From positions 143,437 through 207,436 of the forward strand of contig JBMNNJ010000001.1 of NCBI GenBank assembly GCA_050953885.1: a stretch of DNA of 64,000 nt, given 5' to 3'. This stretch comes from Patescibacteria group bacterium. Its GTDB lineage: Bacteria > Patescibacteriota > Microgenomatia > 0-14-0-10-38-17. The position numbers and the translations under genes were made by a program. The notes under the pieces were generated by a model. It made no database searches. It was not told where the DNA came from and was given only the letters and a program-made list of their open reading frames with translations. The stretch's first letter is position 1. The number at the start of each line of letters is the position of its first letter. Of the stretch, positions 37,708 to 47,638 are shown piece by piece.

Positions 37708-38910
37708 ATGAAAATTTTAATGATCACCCCCTATCTTCCTTATCCGCCTTTGTCGGGGGGGCAAACACGCTCCTACAACTTAATTAAGCACCTTGCCAAA
37801 AATCATCAAATTACCCTTTTTGCTTTTATCCGCCAAAAAGAAGAAAATCAACAAGTTAAGGTTTTAAGAAAATATTGCCAAAAAATTAAAACTTTTGATC
37901 GCGGTCCGGCTTGGGCGCTCAAAAAAATCCTTTTTGCCGGCCTCACTCCTTATCCTTTTTTAATTGCTAATTATTATTCCCGCCGGTTGCAAAAAGCTAT
38001 CAAGGAAGAGCTTAAAAAAAATCATTATGATTTAATTCATGTGGAATGCTTTTATTTGATGCCCAACCTTAAGGGACAAAAGAAAATTCCGGTTGTTTTG
38101 GTTGACCAGACCATTGAATACGAGGTTTATCGCCATGTAGCCCAAACCCTTCCTCCTCATCTTTTTTTCTTAAAACCGTTTTATTATTTTGATGTTGCCA
38201 AGATTTATTTTTGGGAAAAGCGCTTTTGGAAAAAAGCCAGCCAAACGGCGGCTGTTTCCGAGGATGACAAAAAAATAATTAAAAAACATTTTCCCAAGCT
38301 AAAAGTGGCCGTGGTGGAAAATGGCGTTGATCCGGATAAATTTGTTAAAAAGACATACCGACGCGCCAGCCAGCCAACGATTCTTTTTGGGGTGGCTAAC
38401 TTTAAATGGGTGCAAAACCGCGAGGCGGCGGAGATTTTACTTAAAGAAATTTGGCCTCAAATTAAAAAAAGAGTCAAGAACGCCCAAGCGTGGATTATCG
38501 GTCGTTACGCCCCGCTTTATTTTGGTAATTTTGATGACCGAAAAAAAGGAATAACCGTTAAAGAAGCCGAGGATGTTAATTATTTCTATCAAAAAGCTTG
38601 GATTTTGGTGGCGCCCATCAGAAGCGGCGGCGGCAGTCGGACGAAGTTTTTTGAGGCAATGGCCGCCGGTTTGCCGGTGGTTACCACCCCCGAAGGAGCA
38701 GAGGGGCTGAAAGCCAAAAACAATCAGGAAATTATTATTGCCAAAAGCAACCGGGCCTTAATTAAAAAAAGCCTTCTTTTAATCCGCGATAAAAAATTGG
38801 CCCAGAAAATCGGCAAAAAAGGGCAAAAATTGGTTTTGGAAAAATATACTTGGGAAAAAAGCGCCCAAGCACTTGAGGAGGTTTATCGGAAAACAGTGAA
38901 GAAAAAATAA
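37708..38910 (+). CDS. GT4 glycosyltransferase
   Basis: GGGSRTKFFEAMAAGLPVVTT C-terminal motif. Confidence 0.8.
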   Translation: MKILMITPYLPYPPLSGGQTRSYNLIKHLAKNHQITLFAFIRQKEENQQVKVLRKYCQKIKTFDRGPAWALKKILFAGLTPYPFLIANYYSRRLQKAIKEELKKNHYDLIHVECFYLMPNLKGQKKIPVVLVDQTIEYEVYRHVAQTLPPHLFFLKPFYYFDVAKIYFWEKRFWKKASQTAAVSEDDKKIIKKHFPKLKVAVVENGVDPDKFVKKTYRRASQPTILFGVANFKWVQNREAAEILLKEIWPQIKKRVKNAQAWIIGRYAPLYFGNFDDRKKGITVKEAEDVNYFYQKAWILVAPIRSGGGSRTKFFEAMAAGLPVVTTPEGAEGLKAKNNQEIIIAKSNRALIKKSLLLIRDKKLAQKIGKKGQKLVLEKYTWEKSAQALEEVYRKTVKKK

Positions 38911-39317
38911 GGAAATAAGTGCGTAGAAAGAAAAACATTAGCAAAGCACACAGGATTAAACAGGATTTTTACAGGATAAAACAGAATAAATCTTGATGAG
39001 GTGATGAGTATATTAGCCTTATCGGTATAAATATATTTTACTGCTATATCAGTAAAAATTTAGAAGAAAAATAATTAACCAAAAACTTAATAAAGCTAAA
39101 AAGGAATTAAAACAGGGGCGATCGCCCCTTAAATAATTCCTTACCTGATAAAGATAAAGTTAGGCCTGTAATTTTTTCTATAGCAATTTAGTAGTTAACA
39201 ATTTATTCCGCCTGTGGCGAAACAATTTAACCATACTTATTTTATTGCGGCGCGGATTAAAAGTGCGCGCCAACCATTCGCTCATTCGTGTTAATTCGTG
39301 TCTTTTAACCATTAACA

Positions 39318-40514
39318 ATGAAACAATCGCCTGTTTTACTTTCCATCATCATCGTCTCTTATAATACCCGGGAGCTTTTGGAAAAATGCCTTGATTCCGT
39401 GATCAAATCATTAGCCGGCTCTAATCTTAAAAGCAACCAAGAAAAGATCCTGAATCAAGTTCAGGATGAGGCTAATCGCAACCGTCATTCTGACTCCTCT
39501 GGTCGTCATCCTGACCCCGCCAAGGGTGGGGCTAACCGTCATCCTGACGAAAGTCAGGATCTCTCCTTGTCATTAACACAGATTCCGGATCAAGTCCGGA
39601 ATGACAGTTTCCAAGTTCGTTACCCTGACTCTTCTCACCGTCATCCTGACGATCCGCCAGCTGGCGGACAGGATCTGCCCGCCGAAATCATCGTTGTTGA
39701 TAATAATTCCCGCGACGATTCGGTAGAAATGCTTGAAAATTTAAAATTGAAACTTAAAAATTCAATGAAAATTGAAAATTTAAAATTGAAAATTATTGTT
39801 AATAACGATAACACTGGCTTTGCCAAGGCTAATAATCAGGGGATAAAAATAGCCGAAGGAAAATATGTCCTCTTTTTGAATCCGGATACGATTGTTTTAC
39901 CCGAAACACTTCCTTTTATGCTTGAATTTATGAAAAAAAACCCCGCGGTAGGCGTGGCCACCTGTCGGGTAGAGCTTGTTGATGGAAAGCTGGACGAGGC
40001 TTGCCATCGGGGTTTTCCCACTCCCTGGAATGCCTTTTGCCATTTTTCGGGTTTGGAAAAACTTTTCCCCCATTCCCGACTTTTTGCCGGTTATTATTTA
40101 GGATATTTGGATCTTAACACCACCCACGAAATCGATAGTTGCGTCGGCGCGTTTATGTTAGTCCCTCGCCTGGTGGGCGAAAAAATCGGCTGGTGGGATG
40201 AAGATTATTTTTGGTATGGCGAGGACATTGATTTTTGTTATCGAGTGAAAAAGGCGGGTTTTAAGGTGATGTTTGTACCAAAAGTAAAAATCATCCATTA
40301 TAAAGGCGCCTCATCGGGAATTAAAAAAACCAAAAGCAAAGCCGACTTTAAAACACAAGAGAAGGCCATGCTTGCTTCAACCCAGGCGATGCGGATTTTT
40401 TACCAAAAACATTACCGGGGAAAATATCCTAAGCCCGTTGAGAAACTCGTTTTTTGGGGAATTAGTTTGCTTGAAAAAGCAAGGGTGAGAAAAATAAAAA
40501 AACAAAATGGCTAA
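39318..40514 (+). CDS. GT2 glycosyltransferase, paralog of 33072..34247, with in-frame repeat-derived insertion (about 80 aa)
   Basis: LSIIIVSYNTRELL ... NRNRHSDSSGRHPDPAKGGANRHPDESQDLSLSLTQIPDQVRNDSFQVRYPDSSHRHPDDPPAGGQDLP ... EIIVVDNNSRDDS. The DNA at 39436-39678 is hairpin repeat modules. Confidence 0.8.
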   Translation: MKQSPVLLSIIIVSYNTRELLEKCLDSVIKSLAGSNLKSNQEKILNQVQDEANRNRHSDSSGRHPDPAKGGANRHPDESQDLSLSLTQIPDQVRNDSFQVRYPDSSHRHPDDPPAGGQDLPAEIIVVDNNSRDDSVEMLENLKLKLKNSMKIENLKLKIIVNNDNTGFAKANNQGIKIAEGKYVLFLNPDTIVLPETLPFMLEFMKKNPAVGVATCRVELVDGKLDEACHRGFPTPWNAFCHFSGLEKLFPHSRLFAGYYLGYLDLNTTHEIDSCVGAFMLVPRLVGEKIGWWDEDYFWYGEDIDFCYRVKKAGFKVMFVPKVKIIHYKGASSGIKKTKSKADFKTQEKAMLASTQAMRIFYQKHYRGKYPKPVEKLVFWGISLLEKARVRKIKKQNG

Positions 40515-40759
40515 ATTGCGCAAAAATCTCAAAACGCAAATATCAAAAATAAAAACCTAATTCAAAATTCAAAAATAATAAATAAACTCAAATGTTAAAT
40601 CGCAAAACTCAAAACTACAACTCAAAACTAAAATCTAAAAAACAACTTTAAGCTTTAAAAAGTTTTAACATTTGCCATGTAGACCTGCCTTGCCGGCAGG
40701 CAGGTTTGCCATTTGCGTTTTGAGTTTTAAGCTATGGTTTTGGTCTTTGAGCTTGGTTT

Positions 40760-40960
40760 TGCTCCGCCAGCTGGCGGATTCATCAGAATGACGGCCACGA
40801 TTAGCATCATTCTGAACTTGATTCAGAATCGTTATTAATCTCTGAAGAACGCAGATCCTGACTTTCGTCAGAGCCTGTCCTGAATTTAATTCAGGAATGA
40901 CAGCTACGGGGATGATCCTGTCCGCCAGCTGGCGGATTAAATTTTAACTTTTGACTTTTT
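40760..40960. repeat. Family-A repeat block (H3 tccgccagctggcgga, H5, H1, H6 cctgaatttaattcagg)
   Basis: Seen directly. Confidence 0.85.
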
Positions 40961-40964
40961 CTGC

Positions 40965-42179
40965 ATGACACACAATACAATACATAATACCGACTCTTTA
41001 CTCCGTCTTGGCCTCGACACCCGGATGTGGGGGCCAAAGCATACTGGCATTGGCCGTTATGTGGAAAATTTGGCTGACCAGCTTATTGATCTTAAAAGCC
41101 AAAATAAATTTAAAGCAGAAATTATCCTTTTTGTGCGAAAAGAGGATTTGGCAACAATAAGAAAAAAATATGGCTCCAAAGTTAACTATAAAATTGCCGA
41201 TTTTCCCCATTACAGCCTTAAAGAACAACTTTTCTTACCTAAAATTCTTAAAGAAGCCCATTGCGATTTAGTCCATTTTCCCCATTTTAATGTCTCTCTT
41301 TTTTATCAGGCGCCCTTTGCCGTTACCATTCATGATTTAACGAAGCATTCTTTTGGCGGCCAAAAAGCCACCACCCGCTTTTTGCCGTTTTATTATCTAA
41401 AATATTTAGCTTACAAGGTGATTATTCGACAGGCAGTTAAAAAAGCCGCTATTATTTTTACCCCCAGCAATTTTGTTAAAAACCAGCTTGCTAAACAGTA
41501 CAAAGTTGACCCTTCAAAAATTATCGTTACCTATGAAGGGGTAGGGGAGAAATTTGCTCATTCGGAGAAAACTGATGAAACAACGCGAAGACAAATTCTT
41601 AGCCTATACCGCTTAAACAAGCCCTATTTACTTTATGTGGGTAATCTTTATCCTCATAAAAATATCCCCCTCCTTATAGAAGCGGTTAAAAGAGCCCGCC
41701 AAAAAATTCCCGCCCTTAATTTGGTGATTGTTTGCGGCCGTAATGTTTTTTGGGAACGGCTCAAGCAAGAAATTAAAAACTCCCAAAGCGAGTCCTTTGT
41801 CCGCCTTACCGGCTTTGTTCCTGATGAAGACTTGAAAGTTTTATATCAGGAAGCAACCGCTTTTGTTTTTCCTTCTCTCTCGGAGGGCTTTGGCCTGCCG
41901 GGACTTGAAGCGGCCAGTTTGGGTTGTCCGGTGGTCTCTTCCAACGCCACCTCTTTACCGGAAATTTACGGCTCGGCCGCTCTATATTTTAATCCCCACA
42001 ATCCCCAAGATATGGCAGAAAAAATTATTAAAATTTGCGAGGACGAAAAACTAAGGGAAAATTTAATTAAAAAAGGCTATCAACAGGTGAAGAAATATTC
42101 TTGGGAAAAAATGGCCGAAGAAACAATCGCCGGATACGAAAAGGCGGCATTAAAACACACAGGAGACAACAGGATTTAA
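40965..42179 (+). CDS. GT4 glycosyltransferase
   Basis: EGFGLPGLEAASLGCPVVSSNATSLPEIYG. Confidence 0.85.
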   Translation: MTHNTIHNTDSLLRLGLDTRMWGPKHTGIGRYVENLADQLIDLKSQNKFKAEIILFVRKEDLATIRKKYGSKVNYKIADFPHYSLKEQLFLPKILKEAHCDLVHFPHFNVSLFYQAPFAVTIHDLTKHSFGGQKATTRFLPFYYLKYLAYKVIIRQAVKKAAIIFTPSNFVKNQLAKQYKVDPSKIIVTYEGVGEKFAHSEKTDETTRRQILSLYRLNKPYLLYVGNLYPHKNIPLLIEAVKRARQKIPALNLVIVCGRNVFWERLKQEIKNSQSESFVRLTGFVPDEDLKVLYQEATAFVFPSLSEGFGLPGLEAASLGCPVVSSNATSLPEIYGSAALYFNPHNPQDMAEKIIKICEDEKLRENLIKKGYQQVKKYSWEKMAEETIAGYEKAALKHTGDNRI

Positions 42180-42242
42180 AACAGGATTGAAAAGGATAAG
42201 TCTTTAATTAGAACTATTAAGCCAAACAACTCGGGGGAGAAA

Positions 42243-42290
42243 TTTTAGCTATGACAAATTTTTAAGCGATCGCTTAAAAATTTGTCATAG
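42243..42290. repeat. Perfect 42-bp palindrome ctatgacaaatttttaagcgatcgcttaaaaatttgtcatag
   Basis: Identical second copy at 51706-51750. GCGATCGC core. Confidence 0.9.
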
Positions 42291-42299
42291 CGTATTATA

Positions 42300-42425
42300 A
42301 ATAATAATCTTGATTATAAATCTTGATTATAAAATTTGATCATAAAACCTAGCTATAAAACTTGATTAGGAAATTTGGTTATAAAACCTAACTACGAAAC
42401 CTAATTATAAATCTTGATTATAATT
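42300..42425 (+). repeat. About 9 degenerate tandem copies of a 13-nt unit (AYYTGATTATAAA)
   Basis: aatcttgattataaatcttgattataaaatttgatcataaaacctagctataaaacttgattaggaaatttggttataaa... lies upstream of the GT4 gene at 42546. Confidence 0.7.
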
Positions 42426-42545
42426 AGAATCCGTAGGGGCTGGATTTCCCGAGCCGTTTGATTGCGGGCGGGAAAACCCCGTCCCTACCATTCGCGTCCA
42501 TTCGTTTTTTATTCGCGTTAATTCGCGTATTTTAGCAATTTAACA

Positions 42546-43637
42546 ATGAAAACCGCTCTTGTTTACGACTGGCTTGACTCGTGGGGTGGGGCAGAGCGCC
42601 TTCTTTTCTCCCTTAAAAAAATTTTCCCCGAGGCGCCTCTTTATACCTCAATTTATAACCCCGAAAAAGCACCCTGGGCAAAAAATTTCCGCGTCTTTTC
42701 TTCTTTTTTACAAAAAATGCCCGGGGCGGCAAAAAAAAGAAAGGCTTACCTGCCTCTTTTGCCCCTTGCCTTTGAAACCTTTAATTTCGACCAATACGAC
42801 TTGGTTATTTCCGTCTCCAGTTTTGCCGCCAAAGGAATTATTACCAAGCCCCATACCTGTCATCTTGGCTATCTTCTTACTCCCACCCGCTTTTTGCACC
42901 ACCAGTATCCCCTTTATTTCTCCTCCCCTTTTAAGAGAACCCTTGCCAAACCTCTGGTTGGCTACTTAAAGCGCTGGGATAAAATCGCCGCTTTTCGGCC
43001 GGATAAGATCATCGCTATTTCCCAAACAGTGGCCAAAAGAACAGAAAAATACTACCAACAAGAGGCGGAAAAAATCATTTATCCGCCGGTGGACACCCAA
43101 AAATTTTTCCCGACCAAAAAAAGGGATAAAGGAGAAAAATATTTCCTTCTTGTTTCCCGACTCGAGCCTTATAAAAAAGTCGACTTGGCCATCAGCGCCT
43201 TTAATTCTTTGGGCTGGAAGCTTAAGATTGTGGGGAAAGGAAGTGAGGAAAAAAAGTTAAAAAAAATAAGTCGGAAAAATATTGAATTTTTAGGTAAAGT
43301 TTCTGATCAAAAACTTGTTTCTCTTTATCAAAATTGCCAAGCCGTTATTTTTCCTCAAGAAGAAGATTTTGGCCTTGTTCCCCTTGAGGCTCAAGCTTGC
43401 GGCCGGCCGGTAGTGGCTTTCCGTGGCGGAGGCGCTCGAGAAACAATTATTGATGGGAAAACCGGCCTTTTTTTCTTTCCCCAAACAGCCACAGCCTTGA
43501 AAAAAGCCCTTTTAAATTTTGACTCTCTTGGTTATAATGAAAGCACCTGTTACCAAAATGCGTTAAAATATAGTGAAGAACAATTCATTAAGGAATGGAA
43601 AAAGATAATCGGGCAAGCTATCGATAAGAAAGAATAA
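42546..43637 (+). CDS. GT4 glycosyltransferase
   Basis: EDFGLVPLEAQACGRPVVAFRGGGARETIIDGKTGLFF. Confidence 0.85.
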   Translation: MKTALVYDWLDSWGGAERLLFSLKKIFPEAPLYTSIYNPEKAPWAKNFRVFSSFLQKMPGAAKKRKAYLPLLPLAFETFNFDQYDLVISVSSFAAKGIITKPHTCHLGYLLTPTRFLHHQYPLYFSSPFKRTLAKPLVGYLKRWDKIAAFRPDKIIAISQTVAKRTEKYYQQEAEKIIYPPVDTQKFFPTKKRDKGEKYFLLVSRLEPYKKVDLAISAFNSLGWKLKIVGKGSEEKKLKKISRKNIEFLGKVSDQKLVSLYQNCQAVIFPQEEDFGLVPLEAQACGRPVVAFRGGGARETIIDGKTGLFFFPQTATALKKALLNFDSLGYNESTCYQNALKYSEEQFIKEWKKIIGQAIDKKE

Positions 43638-43729
43638 AAACTCTAAAAGATTAAAGCGCAAAGAGCAAAGCGCAAAACCAAGCTCAAAGACCAAAACCAG
43701 AACTTGAAAATATTTTTGAACTTTGCTCT

Positions 43730-43930
43730 GGTTTTGTCCGCCAGCTGGCGGATCGTCAGAATGACGGCTACAATTATTGTCATTCTGAACTTGTCCCGCC
43801 ATAACGGGATCCGCATCGGGCGGGATCCAGAATCAAAAACAGATTCTGACTTTCGTCAGAATGACAATGACTGTCATTTATCCGTCGGTGGGCAAATTCG
43901 TCAGAATGACAGTTACGTTCAGCCCGCAGC
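43730..43930. repeat. Family-A repeat block (H3, H5 with nested H4, H1)
   Basis: ORF 43704..43943 is a translation of this repeat. Confidence 0.85.
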
Positions 43931-43965
43931 AATGAAACAATGAAACAATGAAACAATGAAACAAT
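43931..43965 (+). repeat. 4.5 tandem copies of the 8-bp unit CAATGAAA abutting the manC start codon
   Basis: caatgaaacaatgaaacaatgaaacaatgaaacaatgctc. Each unit encodes an ATG-AAA-CAA-TGA mini-ORF. The last copy (tga to tgc) opens the ManC frame. Confidence 0.85.
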
Positions 43966-45038
43966 GCTCTTACATCTTAATCATCTGCGGCGGGGGAGGG
44001 ACAAGGCTTTGGCCATTGTCACGCCCAAAAAGCCCGAAGCAATTCTTGCCTCTTTTTGGAGAAAAAAATCTTCTTGCCCAAACGGTCGAGCGCGCTCAAA
44101 AAGTTGTCCCCTCCCAAAGAATTTTCTTTGTCGCCGGCCGGGAATATGCCGGCGATATTCTTAAAAGCGCTCCCCAGGTGCCTCCCCAAAACCTGATTAT
44201 CGAGCCTGATAAAAAACACACCGCCGCCGCCATCATCTTAGGCAACGCTAAAATTGCCCAAAAAGATCCCGAAGCCATTATTACCAATCTCTGGTCAGAC
44301 CAATTAGTAAAAAATAACCAAAATTTTCAAAAAGATGTTAAGAAAGCAATGGAAGCTTCCCAACAAAAAAAGGCGCTCGTGGCCATTGGCATTAAGCCAA
44401 CTTTTCCCCACACCGGCTTTGGCTATATTGAAACCGGTCGGGAAATTGCCCCCCAAATTTTTGAAGTAAAACAATTTCGAGAAAAGCCCGACGAGAAAAC
44501 CGCCGCCCGCTTTTTGGCGGCCGGCAATTTTTATTGGAATTTAGGCACCTATACCTGGCCAGCAGGGGTGTTTTTTGCCGAGCTTAAAAAAACCCACCCG
44601 CCGCTTTTTGCCTCCTTGAAAAAAATCCAAAAGGCCATAGGAGGAGAAAACGAGTGGGAAGAAATTAAAAAAATTTATCAGGAAATTACCCCTATTTCGA
44701 TTGATGAAGCGGTGGCGGAAAAAACCAAAAACATGCTTATGCTTTCGGCTACTTTTGATTGGTATGATGTGGGTGACTGGCAGGCGGTTTGGGAAAAAAG
44801 CCCCAAGGATAAAAACGGCAATGTGATTTTACCAACCAACAACGGGAAAACTGTTCTTTGGCAGGCTAAAAACAGCCTCTTTTTGTCAACCAAAAAACTA
44901 ATCGCCGCCTGCGGCGTCGAAAACTTAATTGTGGTGGAAACTAAAGACGCCATTTTAATTTGCCCTAAGAATAAAAGTCAGGAAGTTAAAGATCTTTTGG
45001 AAGAAGTTAAAAAACAAGATCCTCGTTATGCCGAATAA
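43956..45038 (+). CDS. manC: Mannose-1-phosphate guanylyltransferase-like sugar nucleotidyltransferase
   Basis: ILIICGGGGTRLWPLSRPKSPKQFLPL nucleotidyltransferase signature. 360 aa. Confidence 0.8.
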   Translation: MKQCSYILIICGGGGTRLWPLSRPKSPKQFLPLFGEKNLLAQTVERAQKVVPSQRIFFVAGREYAGDILKSAPQVPPQNLIIEPDKKHTAAAIILGNAKIAQKDPEAIITNLWSDQLVKNNQNFQKDVKKAMEASQQKKALVAIGIKPTFPHTGFGYIETGREIAPQIFEVKQFREKPDEKTAARFLAAGNFYWNLGTYTWPAGVFFAELKKTHPPLFASLKKIQKAIGGENEWEEIKKIYQEITPISIDEAVAEKTKNMLMLSATFDWYDVGDWQAVWEKSPKDKNGNVILPTNNGKTVLWQAKNSLFLSTKKLIAACGVENLIVVETKDAILICPKNKSQEVKDLLEEVKKQDPRYAE

Positions 45039-45699
45039 AAGCCAAAAAATCCAAGATCGCCTTTATTTCTTCGTCAAAAGAGCGCTTGACCTTTTCTTAG
45101 CTATTATCCTCTTAATCCTTACTCTGCCAGTGTGGATTTTAACCGCCATCGCCATTAAAATTGAATCGCCCGAAGGTCCGGTTTTTGCCGATGTGCCTCC
45201 CCGCGTCGGAAAAAATGGCCGACTTTTCAAGATTTATAAGTTTCGCTCCATGATTCCCAACGCCCACCAGCTGTTGCGCACCGACCCCCGCTTTAAAAAG
45301 CTATACGAGGAATACAAAAATAACAGCTATAAGCTAAATCATGACCCGCGGGTAACGCGGGTAGGCAACTTTATCCGCAAGTATTCCATTGATGAATTGC
45401 CGCAATTAATTAATGTTTTAAAGGGGGAAATGAGCATTGTTGGGCCGCGCCCCTATTATGCTGACGAGTTGGCCGAACAAACTAAAAAATATCCCCACAC
45501 CAAAAATTTAATTAAAAAAACTTTAGAGGTGAAGCCCGGCATCACCGGCCTTTGGCAAGTCTCCGGCCGTTCGGAGGTAGATTTTGAGGAAAGAATTGCC
45601 TTAGACGCCCGTTATGCCCAACGCCGCAATCTTTTAGACGATGTGGTAATATTATTAAAGTCGCCATGGGCGGTCTTGAGCGGCAAGGGAGCAAAATGA
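45028..45699 (+). CDS. Polyprenyl-phosphate sugar phosphotransferase (bacterial sugar transferase, WbaP/WcaJ C-terminal-domain type)
   Basis: [21 protein letters not shown] motif. Single N-terminal TM segment. Confidence 0.85.
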   Translation: MPNKSQKIQDRLYFFVKRALDLFLAIILLILTLPVWILTAIAIKIESPEGPVFADVPPRVGKNGRLFKIYKFRSMIPNAHQLLRTDPRFKKLYEEYKNNSYKLNHDPRVTRVGNFIRKYSIDELPQLINVLKGEMSIVGPRPYYADELAEQTKKYPHTKNLIKKTLEVKPGITGLWQVSGRSEVDFEERIALDARYAQRRNLLDDVVILLKSPWAVLSGKGAK

Positions 45700-47630
45700 A
45701 AGAAAAAATAACCGAAATCCCCAACTTGGAAGAAACGGTCCCCGAGAAAAAAATAACTTTTTTTCAGAAAAGAAAGAAGGTTATTTTCGGGGCGGCAATT
45801 TTTCTCCTCGTCTTTTTAGGGCTTATTTACTTCTTTGCCGTTGGCCCGGTTTTGGCTTTAAAAAAAGATCTTGCCGCCGGTCAGGCTCTTGCCGGCCAGA
45901 TAAAACAAGGATTAGAAGAGAAAAATCTTGCTTTCATCCGCGAAAAAATTCCCGAAACCCAAAATTTGGTTTACCAAGTACAGCAGAAAACAAAACGGTT
46001 GGGTTGGGTAAAAATCTTACCCCGCTACGGCGATTATTATCAAAACGCTCAATTTGCTCTTGCCGCCGCCTCACCTTTACTTGAAGCGGCTAATTTAACC
46101 ATCGAAGCCGTTTACCCTTATGCCGATATTCTTGGTTTTGAAACCGCCCAGGAGGCAAGCTCGGCGGGAGAAACTACCCAAGACCGAATTGCTTTCCTGC
46201 TTCAAAGCAGTCACGATTTGGCCGGAAAAATTGAAGGTATCAACACCCAATTAAAGTTGGCCAATGAGCAAATTCAAAAGATTAACCCCGGGGCTTTGCC
46301 GGAAGAATTTCAAGGCTTGAAAATTCAGGAAGAAGCAATAAAAATCAAAAAAACTTTTGAAGAAATCCTGCCGATAACCGGCGGGTTAAAACCGGTGCTT
46401 GAAAATCTTCCCTATTTTTTAGGCAAGACGGAAAAGATGACCTATTTGGTTCTTTTTCAAAATGATGCCGAATTGCGTCCCAGCGGCGGCTTTTTAACCG
46501 CTTATGCCATTCTGGAGGTAGAGGACGGTAAATTCACCCCTGTTTCCTCCCATGATATTTACGACTTGGACGCCCGCTTCAACAAAAGAATTGAGGCACC
46601 TCGTCCCATCAGGGATTATCTCCCCAATGTTTATTACTGGAACCTGCGCGATATGAATCTTTCTCCTGATTTTAAAGTTTCCATGGAAACTTTTTACTCA
46701 TACTACCAACAAGTTCCCGGCCAACCAAAAGTGGAGGGCATCTTTGCCGTTGACACCCAATTTTTAACTTCTCTTCTTAAAGTTATTGGCGAGGTTAGCG
46801 TTCCCGGTTGGGGAGAATTTTCCGCCGTTGCCGACCAGCGTTGTCATGGCTGCCCCCAAGTGGTTTACGAACTTGAAAGAATGGCTGATAAACCGCTGGG
46901 GACAATTCGGACAGAAAGAAAAGCGGTTTTAGGGCCTTTAATGCACACCATTCTTCTTCATGTGATGGGCGCTTCTACCGACAAGATTCCCGGCCTTTTT
47001 GAGGCGCTTATTACCGGCATTGAGGGCAAGCATCTTTTGTTTTATTTCCCGAAGGTAGAAAAACAGGCGGCCATTGAAGCCCTTAATTTGGGGGGAAGGG
47101 TGCAGGAAACAGATGGTGATTATTTTTTGTTGGTAGACACCAATTTTGCCGGCGCCAAATCAAATATGTTTATTGAGCAAACAGTGGAAGATAAAATCAA
47201 CATTAGCGATAATGGCCGGATTAAACACGAGGTGGTAATTAAATACCAAAATCCCTTCCCGGCTTCCGACTGCAACTTGGAAAGCGGTGGTCTCTGCCTT
47301 AACGGCCTTTACCGCAACTGGTTCCGGCTTTATGTGCCCAAGGGAAGCGCGCTTTTGGAAATGAAAGGTTCGGAGAAAGAACCTTTAGTTTACGAAGAAT
47401 TGGGGAAAACGGTTTTTGAGGGGTTTTTTGGGGAAAAATTCCCTCTTTACCCCAACGGCGGCACTAATCTGGTGAGCATTACCTACGAAACGCCGTTGAC
47501 AGCCGAGAACCAGCCATATCAATTGCTCATCCAAAAACAAGCCGGCACCAAGGACAATGCCTATAAAATTTCTTTTCAGGAAGAAAGAGAAGAATTTTTG
47601 CTTAAAAGCGATAAAACATTGCGTTGGTAA
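45696..47630 (+). CDS. Large membrane-anchored protein of unknown function (possibly DUF4012-like)
   Basis: N-terminal TM segment, 640 aa extracytoplasmic body. Coupled (ATGA) to the sugar transferase. The domain identity is from memory and unverified. Confidence 0.5.
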   Translation: MKEKITEIPNLEETVPEKKITFFQKRKKVIFGAAIFLLVFLGLIYFFAVGPVLALKKDLAAGQALAGQIKQGLEEKNLAFIREKIPETQNLVYQVQQKTKRLGWVKILPRYGDYYQNAQFALAAASPLLEAANLTIEAVYPYADILGFETAQEASSAGETTQDRIAFLLQSSHDLAGKIEGINTQLKLANEQIQKINPGALPEEFQGLKIQEEAIKIKKTFEEILPITGGLKPVLENLPYFLGKTEKMTYLVLFQNDAELRPSGGFLTAYAILEVEDGKFTPVSSHDIYDLDARFNKRIEAPRPIRDYLPNVYYWNLRDMNLSPDFKVSMETFYSYYQQVPGQPKVEGIFAVDTQFLTSLLKVIGEVSVPGWGEFSAVADQRCHGCPQVVYELERMADKPLGTIRTERKAVLGPLMHTILLHVMGASTDKIPGLFEALITGIEGKHLLFYFPKVEKQAAIEALNLGGRVQETDGDYFLLVDTNFAGAKSNMFIEQTVEDKINISDNGRIKHEVVIKYQNPFPASDCNLESGGLCLNGLYRNWFRLYVPKGSALLEMKGSEKEPLVYEELGKTVFEGFFGEKFPLYPNGGTNLVSITYETPLTAENQPYQLLIQKQAGTKDNAYKISFQEEREEFLLKSDKTLRW

Positions 47631-47638
47631 AATAAAAA

